A stretch of 62,319 bases of DNA, the filler included, from Basidioascus undulatus (Eukaryota): the NCBI GenBank assembly GCA_000826855.1. It is 3 parts of 3 records of this genome, joined end to end, with 100 filler letters (N's around TTAATTAATTAA, not from the genome) between each part and the next. Parts side by side here need not be neighbours in the genome. Positions count along the whole stretch, not along the records: positions 51,632 to 62,319 come from JTLS01001100.1; 2 more parts are not named here. One strand, given 5' to 3'. Below are positions 52,567 through 62,319 of the stretch, in pieces. Every line of letters begins with the position of its first letter. Position 1 is the stretch's first letter. Position numbers and translations under genes: made by a program. The notes beneath the pieces were generated by a model. That model had not been told where the DNA came from. It did no database searches and saw nothing but the letters and a program-made list of their open reading frames with translations.

Positions 52567-55500
52567 TTAGTTGCAGGCAGGTGAAGACTTGAGCATAGCC
52601 GCGAGCGCCTTGCGGTCCTCCTCGCCCAAGCTCTCCAGCACGCGCGCGAAGCCGGCAAGCGTGCCCTCGCGGCTGGACTGCGCGAACGCGACGATTGAGT
52701 TCTCGATGTGGGCCTGGCGCGTCTGCTCGATCACGTCCTCGACAACCTTCTTCTGCGTCTCGATAAAGTTCGCGACAGCCGCGTCGTCGGATTCGTCGAT
52801 CGCGTGCGCGTCCAGGAGCGCGCGCAGCTGCGCGACCCGCTCCGCGCGCGACAGCTCCTGGTCCGCCTTGGCCAGGCGGGAGAAGACGGCCTCCTCGTCC
52901 AGGCGGCGGCGGAGACGCTTGTAGAAGTACCGGCGAGACTCGGTCCACTCGCAGGGGGCTGCGCAGCCCTTGGCTTGCATGCGGCCGACTGCACAAGGGG
53001 GGGCGGATTAGTGACAGAGGTTGAAGGCGGCGAGGCTGGGGAGGCGGCTTACCCCGGTCGTGAAGGTCAGAGTAGAGAAGCGCAATTTGCTGGTAAGTCG
53101 GGTAGAGCTCCTTCTCGCGCGCAGCGAGCGCCTCAGTCGCCTCCGCGCGCCCCTCGGCCGTCTTGGACTCGTCCTTCGACGCCGCCTTGAGCTCGGCGTA
53201 CCGCTCGTCCAGGCGTGCCATCGTCGCGAGTACCTTGTCCTTGCGGTACTTGATCTCGACGATACCCTCCGGCTCTGTATCATTTGACGACCTGTCAGTG
53301 GGCCGTTCGTTCAGAGGGGGTGGACAGAAGAAAAGACGCACCAAGGACACCACCGCGCGCCCGCGGGTCGGCGTACATCTCCATCTGCGCCTGGTTGATG
53401 CTCGGATCGAGGACGACCCAGGCACCACCACGGAGCTCGCCGTTGGGGACGATGTAGACGAACACCGGCTGCTTATACGCGGACAGGCCGTCGACGATCT
53501 GCGGAACGTAAGTCAGGGTGGCAGTGAGGAATTAGATTGCGTCAGTGAAATGCATACCATGGCACCGAACTTCAACACCTGGTCCGCCATGTCCTGCTGA
53601 CCGCCAGAGAAGCCACGCCAGTTCGCGAAGATGATGAGCGGCAGGCCCTCGCGGTTGAAGTCGAAGATCGCAGACGCGGTCTTGTGCGAGCTGTTGGGGT
53701 ACCAGACCTGGTAGTGCGTCATACGTCAGCGTCACGACGATACGCGGGCGAAGCGTGGACGCGGTCAAGCGTACCTGGCCGGCCTCCATGATCTTCTGCT
53801 CGAACGAGAGAGGGTTGGCGGGGTCGGCGGGGACGACGCGCTCAATGGTGCGGGCTGCGGGAATAACACATGATATGTCAGCAGCGAAAGCGGCAACGAT
53901 AAAGGGAAAACAGCTGACTCTCGACAGCGATGACACCCATCGGGATACCACCAAGACGAGCGCGACCGGTGACCTATCGAAGCGAGGAACATCAGTACAC
54001 AGCCTCGAGACGTGAAACCGCGATTAAAATACGTACGACAGTCTGAGCCCAGCCGCCGAGGGTCTCCTGGAAGGAGCCCTTGTCGAAGAAACCGGACAGG
54101 AACTTGGACTGCTCGTCGACCTCCTCCGTCTTGCCCTCGATGAACCAGCGCGGGTCGTACGCGCCCTTCGGCGGCAGGTACTCGACCGGGCGGTCCCACG
54201 CGTCGCTCTGCGGCGCGATCGGGATCGGACGGCCCTTGCGGTCGGGGATGTACGAGAGCCACTGGACGATGGACGCGGCGCCCTCGAGGTCGTTCGGCGC
54301 GACGAGGTGCGAGACACCGTTTTTGTACATGATCTGCGTGCCGCCGAGCTGGAGGTTGGACGTGTAGACCTCGCGGCCGAGGACCTTGTTCAGCGCGGGC
54401 GCGCCCGTGAGGATGATCGGCTGGCCCTCCACCTGGACCGCGCGCTGGCCGAGACGGACGAGGTACGCGCCGATACCGACGGAGCGGGCGGTGACCAGCG
54501 TGATGGTGAAGATGTCGTCGTAGGCGCGCGAGGTCTCACCGGCGATGAGACCAGAGCCGCGGAGACACTCGACACCGAGGCCGTCGCGTAGGCCGATGAT
54601 GTCGGTGATCTTGTGCCGCCGCTCGCCCTCGTCTTCAATGAGCTCGGTGCGCACGCTCGCGGTCGCCTCCTTGAGGGACTCGTGCGCCTCGAGCGTGAGG
54701 TAGAGATACTTGAAACCCTTGTCAGGACGCTCGTTGTCGTTCCACGCGACCGAGAAAAGGTTGATGATCTCCTCGGCGAGGCCGATGCGCGCGCCGGAGT
54801 TGGCCGAGAGGTAGATGCGCGGGAGACCGAGGCGACGAGCAAGCTGCGTGACCTTATAGAAGAACTCGTCCTCGAGCGGGCCGAACGAGCCGATGTTGAA
54901 GGTGATGTCGTTAGCGACGACGACGACGCGGCGGCCCTTGGGGTACTCGGGCGTGTGGATGGTGAAGATCCAGCCGACCATGCCGCACGCGTTCGAGCCG
55001 GGCGGGCGATTGACCTCCTGGAGCTCGTTGTGCTCGTCGAGCACGAGCTCGGTCGCCGTGAGCGGCTCGGCGGGGATGGTGATGCTGGGGACCTGCGCAG
55101 AGACCTTGGACCACACGCCGCGCACGGCCTGGCGGAAGAGGTCGGGGAAGTCGTAGACGTAAGTCGTGCCGACGACGTGCGCCTTGTAGCGCTTCGGCTG
55201 GAGCCACTCCTTGGTCGGGTACGGCGCATTGACGGGCTGGAGGTGGAGCGCGCCCTGCGGGCCGATCGACTTGAGAATCGTCGGGCCGCGCTCGGTCACG
55301 ACCTCCTGGTAGGCCTCGTACTTGACGACGAAGCCCGAGACGTTCTCGATGATCGCGCGGATGGGCTGGACGTTGCCTTCCTCGTCCTCGAGCACAATGC
55401 GGATCTCGGCGCCGGTGACGCGGAGGCGCCAGAGACGCTTGCCGTGGCGGTCGATGAAGCCCGCGAGCGCCTCCTGCACGTCGTCGAACGTGACGCGGAG

Positions 55501-58500
55501 GTTGTAGAGGAAGTTGAGCGAGATGTGGTTGCAGTCCGCGGTCGGGTGCTCCGCGGTCGTGACCTCCAGCGCGTCGAGAATGTCGGTGACGAGGCGGTCC
55601 GACTCGGAGATGAGGTAGTCGGTCGTGCGCATTGCGCCGCGCAGGCGACCGGGGCGGACGAGTGCGCGGACGAAGAAGCGGTTGTCCGAGGCGTTCTCGC
55701 GGCCGACGGCGTGGTACATGTGGATCTGACGATTCTCGATGAACGACGGCGTGATCTTGAAGTTCGAGAGGCGGCTGAGCTCGAGCTGGTACGCGAGCGC
55801 GGGCTCGATGTTACGGATCGCCTCCTGCTCGGCCCACTTGCCGTTGCCCGCGTCGCGCAGCGTGAAGTACCACGGGTACTCGCCCTTGCGGCAGATCATG
55901 TACGTCACGCGGCGGATGCCGCGGCCGGTAACCTGCGCGCCGTGCTCGCTCGTGACCTCGAGGAACTTCTCACGCCAGGCCTCGTTCGGCATGTCGTCGT
56001 CGGCGTCGAACGGACGGACGGCGATGTTGAGGACGTTCGGCGGCTGAGCCTCGACGCCGTGGCGCTCGAGGTGCTCCTTCGAGTCGAACTCGGGGAAGAG
56101 CTCGAGGATACTGGCGAGGTGGCGCTGGAGGCTCGGGAGGTTCGGGAAGGAGGTGATGGCACCGAAGCGGATCGGCTCGAGCTGGTTGCGCTTGACGGCA
56201 TAGGTGAGGTCCGACATGGAGCCGATGCGGGTCATGTCCCTGTAGAGTAGTTCAGTCAGCGTCGGCTCGCGGCTGAACGGAATGCAAGGACAGACTGACT
56301 TGAACGAATCGACGCGCGGAGTCTGCGGGGCGTCAGCCGACGCGCCGAGGCGGAAGCGCCAGCTGACGACGTGCGGGGCGCCGTCGCCGCCCACGCCCTG
56401 CTGGTAGTCCATGTGCAGGACGGAGTAAGCGCGGTAGGCGCGCGAGACGTAGACCTCCAGAGCGGCTGATGGTGAAACTCGCCGTCAGCAACAGGTCGGC
56501 AATGCAGGGGCAGTTGGAACGCACCTAGCGCGACCCACGGGTCCTCGTGGTCGAAGAAGGTCGAGAGAACGTCGTACACGGTGTAGCGCGAGTCGGTCAG
56601 CTCCTTGAGGATGTCGGGCGCAGGGAGGCTGTTCGGCCGGGCAACATTAGCTACGACATTCGGACATGGGACTTTGAAAGAAACAAGCGTACCGGTGACC
56701 AGTCCCCTGCTCGCCGTAGAAGCTCGTGGTGACGGAAGCCTTGAGGATGGTCTCCATCTGGCCGACACGCTCCTCGTACGACGGGATCTGCGTGAGGATG
56801 AGGACCTCGCGCGCCTTGAGCGCAACCTTCGTCGAGAGCCTAGAACCGCGCATGTGAGCGACTTGGAAGTGATCGGATCGAAAGATTAGAAGCTACACAC
56901 TTGCTCTCGAGCGAGGCAGTCACCTTCAGCGCGGCGCTGAGGCGGTTGTCGGAGGCGGTGAAGCTGCCGCCGCTGGTCTTGACGAGGTCGAGAAGCGCGT
57001 AGACGAGGCGGTTCTTGGACTGGACCTTTGAGTGGGAGAGGACGAGGGTGGTGACCTGGTCGAGGTCGGTCTTGTGCTGCTCGCGTAGCTTGAGGACGGC
57101 CTCCTCCTCGCCGACGCCGAAAAGCGCCTCGACGTCGTTGTAGCGCTGGATGAAACCCGCGATGACCGTCCACTGGTGGACCTTGAGACCGTACCGGAAC
57201 AGCTCGGCGATCTCGTACAGCTGGCCGAACGACGCGCGGAACGTCGCGCGGTCCTGCGCGCGGATGTTGGCGGCGATGAAGTTCTCGACGAGCTTGTGCA
57301 GGCGCGCGGCGGGGAACTCGGCGCCCTTGGAGTGCGCGTCGTCGACGAGCTCGCGGATCGAGTCCTCCAGCTTAGACGGCATGCGGCCCGAGAGCGTGGA
57401 AAGTACGGCGGTCGTCTGCGAGAACGGCAGCTCCTGGTCGGCGAAGACCTCGAGGAGGTCCTTGAGTGTCGGCTGCATGATCGTGAGGTTGTCGTAGCCG
57501 TCGAGGATGTTGTTGATGACGTCGACGAGGTACGCGAGCTTCTGGTGCGGCTTCGAGCCGACGACGGTGGGCAGGCCGTACTTGGGAAGCAGGCCCTCGA
57601 ACGGCTTGGCGTGCTTGACGCGGCTCGGGTCGTCGAGCGTGAGGATACCGACGACCTCACCCGGCTGGAGCGTGACGCCGGGCTGCTTGACGAAGAGCGG
57701 GACACCGTCCTCGGTCGCTATGAGCGGCATGTACATCTTCATGACCTGCGGACAGAAACAATTCGACATCAGCTGCGCCCACTTCTGCAAAGAGGTTCAA
57801 CCTCGACGCACCTCGATCTCGGCGTAGGCCTGGCCAGCCTTGACGGGGTCGCCGCTCTCGACGAGGAAGCGGACGAGCTTGCCGGGGGACGGGCTGCGGA
57901 GCTGCGTCGGGTCGTTCTCCTGCTCGATCAAGCAAGTCTGCGCAAGGGAAAAGACTGTCAGTAAGTGCGCCATTGAAATGCGCAGTCAAGCCAAGCTCAC
58001 CTTGGAGTCGACCATGAGACGGAGGGCGACAGCCTCGTCGCGCCAGTAGACGCTGTGCGACTTGCCGTCGAGGAGGACGAGGAGACCGCCGTCCGCGAGA
58101 GGGCGGACGCCGACGCGGGTGGTGCCGCCATTGATGTAGAGGACCCAGGACGTGGACGAGGCGCGGGCGGCGGTAAAGTTGTAGCGGACGCCCTCGTAGA
58201 TGAACTCGACGCCGAAGACGGTCTTGAGCGTGTCGCGCGCGGGGACCTGGCCCTTGTCAAGCACGCGGCGGTACTCGGCCCAGCACGCCTCGCTGGCGAC
58301 GTACGCCTTGGTGACTGCGCCGCAGATGACGGCGAGGGACAGGTCCGGCCGCTCGGCGGTAAGCTTGTTCGAGATGAGTGTGTCGAGCCAGCCGGTCGTG
58401 ATGGTGTTGTCCTCGAACGCCTGCGTTTCAAGCAGCTTGATCAGGTACTCGACCGTCGTGCGGAAGTCGCCGCGGATCGAGATCTCCTTGAGCGCGACGA

Positions 58501-60725
58501 CCATGTTCTTCCGGCTCTCGGACCGGTCCGCACCGTACGCGAAGATGTGGCCGAACTCTGCGAGCGCAATCAATTGAAGTCGTCAGTCGCGAACAAAGAC
58601 AATCAAGTAGAAGGGACTTTGGACACACGGGAATCAGCGAACTCGTGCAGCCCTCCCGCGGTACCGACGGAGAAGTAGCCCCAGACATTGGTGTTGGAGC
58701 GGAAGTTGAGCTCCTGGAGCGAGCCGGAGGACGGCTTGAAGCCGGCGTCGGGGTTCTCTGCGGTGATGCGGACGGCGACGACGTGGCCCTTGGGCTTGGG
58801 CTTGCGCTGCGCCTGGAGCGAGTCAGGGTTGACAAAGTCGAAGTCAATCTCGCTCGATCCGTGGGGCTCCTTGCCGTACAGCGTCCGGATGTCGCGGATC
58901 CGGTGCAGCGGGATCCCCATCGAGATCTGCAGCTGCGCCGCGGGCAGGTTCACGCCCGAAACCATCTCCGTCGTCGGGTGCTCGACCTGCAGACGCGGGT
59001 TGAGTTCGAGGAAGTAGAACGTATCGTCGGCGTGCGAGTAGAGGTCTGCAGAGCAAGGCCAGGGAGGGGTCAGTATTCGGGGGTGGAAAGAGAAGGGAGG
59101 GGAGGAGCGGGAGGGAGGTAACGCACACTCGACAGTACCCGCCGAGACGTAGCCGACGAGCTTGGCCAGACGGACAGCAGCCTTCTCCATCTCCTCGAAC
59201 CGCTCCGCACTCGCGATCGTCACTGGCGCCTCCTCGATGATCTTCTGGTGCCGACGCTGGACTGAGCAGTCGCGCCCGAACAGCGAGATGGCGTTGCCGT
59301 ACTGGTCCGCGAGGAGCTGCACCTCGAGGTGGCGCGCGGCGCCGGCGAGCTTCATGATGAAAATGGGAGAACCTGAGCACCACAGCCGTTCCTTCAGTAC
59401 CTTGCACCCACCATGTGGGAATGTGAGTGCGCCCCCCGAACTCACCAGGTACCTCGCCGAGCACAGCGTTGAACGCGAGCGTGAACTCCGCGTCGCTGTC
59501 GACCTTGCGGATGCCCTTCCCGCCGCCGCCCTCGGACGCCTTGATCATGACCGGAAATCCGATCTTCTGCGCGCGGTCGAGGCCCTCCTCGACGCTCGTC
59601 ACGCACGCGTTGCGGTACGCGGCGTCGGGGACAGTGACGAAGCCCTGGGGCGAGAGCTCGGTGTCGGCGATGCCCGTGCCGGACCAGGCCATCGTCGGCA
59701 CGTCCGCCGACTGCGCGACGATCGTCGACGAGATCTTGTCGCCTAGCGAGCGCATTGCCGAGCCGGGCGGTCCGATGAAGACGATCTTGTGCTTGGACGC
59801 CGCGAGGGAATCGGGCAGGCGAGGGTTCTCCGAGGCGTGGCCCCTAGAAACACAATCCCCATCATGATCCGTTCAAAACTCTAACTTTTGACCTGAAAGA
59901 AAAAGAGAAAAGGACAGAGAAGGAAGAGAGAAGACGCACCACCCCGCCCAGACGGCATGCACGCCCGCGCGCTCAGCGACGTCGACGATAAAGTCGACGT
60001 TGGCGTAGTTGTTGTTGTTGCTCCCGCCGGGGACCTCGACGTACTGGTCGGCCATTCGGATGTAGTCCGCGTTGACCTTGAGGTCCTCGGGCGTCGCCAT
60101 GACGGTGAACTCGACCGCGCGCTCCGTCCCGAACGTCTCGTAGCACCATTTCCGGATAGAGCGGATCTCCTTCACCGCGGCGATACCTGGTCCGGGAGGG
60201 AGACAGTTCAGAATTGAGTGGGGGAGAAGGGGAAGGAGGGAAGGCAGGGGAAGGAAGAAGACGGACCGTTGTTGGCGATGAGGACCTTGGTGATCACAGT
60301 GTGACCGCCGTGCGCCTTCACAAAGTCCGCGACCTTGGATGAGGGCGCAGACTGGATGGTGTTGCCGCCTGCGCATCATCAAACAAACACCACAAGAGCA
60401 TGTCAGGGAGTTGTTCAGTGCGTGCAGTGAGCGCTGGGGAAATTGTCAAGAGCCAGAGACAGAGCTCTCCAGCACCAGGACCGGAAGCAAGCCTTGAGCT
60501 GCTGCCCCTTCGCCCCTTGCCCAACTCAAACCGCCCAGGAGAGCTCCCAGAGCGTCCTGAATGCTCACCACACCTCCCACACCGCTTCTAAGTCCGCTCG
60601 AGCCCGCCGAGGAGCTCGCCAGACGCCCTCCCGCCTGATTCCCACGCTCCGGAAGGTAGCAGTCCAGCGAAACACAGTTGCTCACCGATAAAGTGCGCGA
60701 CCTTGTCGTGATCGTAAGAAGCCAT
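52567..60725 (-). CDS. ACC1: Acetyl-CoA carboxylase (BC-BCCP-central-CT), multi-exon
   Basis: [71 protein letters not shown], biotin site EIE-VMKM, CT domain [51 protein letters not shown] at 52569-52567. Confidence 0.98.
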
Positions 60726-61561
60726 GGCCGATTCGTGAGAGGGGTAAGTACGGAGAATCAAAGGCGAATCGAGAAAGAAGCAAGGTCGACAGTCGGGAGC
60801 TGTCTAGAGGAGGAGAGAAGACGTTGGGGGTGCGGGGAGGCGCGCTCAAGTATAGTGTGGGAGCGGTCGGCAGCGGGGGAGGGGAGGGGAGGGTAGATAA
60901 TGAGGGGAGGAGTAGGAGTTTCGGACGAGGAGGATGGGATGGGGAGCAGCGAGCGGCAGTCGAAGGGGTAGGGCGACCTGGCGAAGCAGTCCAAGTTGCG
61001 AGTCGATGGGGCGGCATTCGCAAGCGTGGGGACGCGCCAGCCCTTGCCTGTCGGGGTTGTCAACTTCGCTCGCTGCCCACCCTTCTGAAAGCGAGGTATT
61101 TTCTTTTATGCGAACCTCTTGCAGGAAGATGAAATTATTAGACTTTATTATGGTCAATGCAACCAACAAGCACCGGCCCATCCGAGTGCTCACAGCGACT
61201 TCCAATCCCCAGCCGGCCCCCCTGCGATGCTGCGAGTTCCCGCGAGCCAGGCCGCCCGACCCAGCGCGGGTGGAACCGGCTTCCCGCCGAACTCCGACTG
61301 CTCGTCCCCACAGACTTCTCCAGCTGCAAACGACTTCTTATCGGGCGTATGCAAGACAGGCTTGGCAAATGCGATAATAAATGATTTTACTAGTAATAAA
61401 AGGGGTTACAATGCGGATGATTATACGAGGCCGTTGGGAAAGGGTGCGGGGCGAACTTGGGCCGGACAGATTTCGCGCTGAGGCACGCAGACCAGCTCTC
61501 GCGGACGGAGTCCTAACCGCCGCGGCGTGATCGTCGTCGGTGCGGAAGTATTCCTCGTCGA

Positions 61562-62280
61562 TCAGCTTTGGAACTTCCTGAGCGTCGCTACCTCGTCTAG
61601 GAGCGCTTGGAGTTGCTGCTCGTCGTGGTTTTGTAGACTGTGTGCGGGGAGGGTCGATGTTTCGAGGTTGGGGAGCCGTGTGTGATGAAGTTGGGGTGTA
61701 TCGGCGTGGAGGGGAGCGGCGAGAGCAGGTATGAGTGGTGGTGAGCGTTGGAGAAGGAGAGCGCGGCGAGAAAGGAAGGCACGGGTGGTGGTAAACGTTG
61801 CATGGCGAGGAACGAAGTTTTGGGGTCGAGGAGCGTTGTGGGATGGAGGTGGGTTGTGTTGGCGTAGATGTGGAGCGCGGCGAGAAGGAAGTGCGTGGGT
61901 GATGGTGAAATTTGGGAATGGAGAGCGCAGCGAGAAAGGAAGGGGCGTGGGTTCGTGGTGGAAGGGGTGAAGGGAGAAGTCAGCGTCCGTCCCTGCCCGC
62001 TCGCACAATCCAGCCCACGCACCTCGGTATCAGCGTCCGCGCCTCGTCCACCTCCTCCGGACACAAGTTCCCAATCTGCGCCGCCTCAAACTGGTGCAAG
62101 GACTCGTCCTTTTTGAACACCCTGCGACCCACCCCACCACACCCCTCACTCAGTAAGTTCCCTCGTCCTTCGCTCCTCACCGCGGATGCGACCCAACGCA
62201 CTCTCGAACCGACATCGCCGCGTCCTGCGTCTTGAAGCGCGCAAAGGTCTGCACGTAGTCGTACGCTTTCTTGAACACCC
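61562..62280 (-). CDS. RPB4: RNA polymerase II subunit Rpb4, last three exons (5' part outside window)
   Basis: VFKKAYDYVQTFARFKTQDAAMSVRE-VFKKDESLHQFEAAQIGNLCPEEVDEARTLIPS-LQNHDEQQLQALLDEVATLRKFQS*. Confidence 0.93.
61703..61945 (-). repeat. Dispersed imperfect ~23-nt pyrimidine-rich repeats within RPB4 last intron
   Basis: Plus-strand GAGAGCGCGGCGAGAAAGGAAGG at 61757-61779, with variants at 61872-61891 and 61921-61943 and a partial copy near 61703. Confidence 0.75.
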
Positions 62281-62319
62281 TGCGCGCGAGAGGGATGTGA
62301 GTGAGCGCGCTGGGCCTCG

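Noticed and set aside
54613..56250. 545-aa plus-strand ORF and other long ORFs antisense to ACC1, BYE1, PCF11 and the Zap1-like gene
   Set aside because: These are shadow ORFs expected from high GC3 codon bias on the true coding strand.

Overview
This is eukaryotic, GC-rich, very intron-dense fungal DNA. Gene style and sequences fit a basidiomycete yeast (probably Pucciniomycotina, Rhodotorula-like), which is an inference. It has two scaffold gaps, each filled with N-TTAATTAATTAA-N linkers. Apparently intact genes, read across introns by eye, are a Zap1/ZafA-like C2H2 zinc-finger factor (3' end outside the window), an EXPERA/EBP membrane protein, a SET-MYND methyltransferase, a 17-exon CE4 polysaccharide deacetylase, a bZIP factor, a Bye1-like PHD/TFIIS-M protein, NMNAT (5' end in a gap), PCF11, an Nha1-like Na+/H+ antiporter, an Mtr-type amino-acid permease, GPM1, RPN11, ACC1 and the 3' part of RPB4. 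About six disabled accessory genes lie between them. The most interesting signals are in the few unusually long introns. (1) A ~390-nt highly structured RNA in a Bye1 intron has H-box/ACA architecture, a guide pocket matching conserved LSU rRNA, and a large inserted pseudoknot or switch domain. (2) PCF11 intron 1 carries a structured intronic AATAAA plus GU-rich poly(A) signal, suggesting autoregulation. (3) An RPB4 intron has a ~350-nt AG-free zone and a distant branch point. (4) ACC1 intron 1 has a hairpin ending in ACA. Splicing oddities include a likely GA-AG intron, a GC-AG intron and a start codon split by an intron. No databases or folding software were run.
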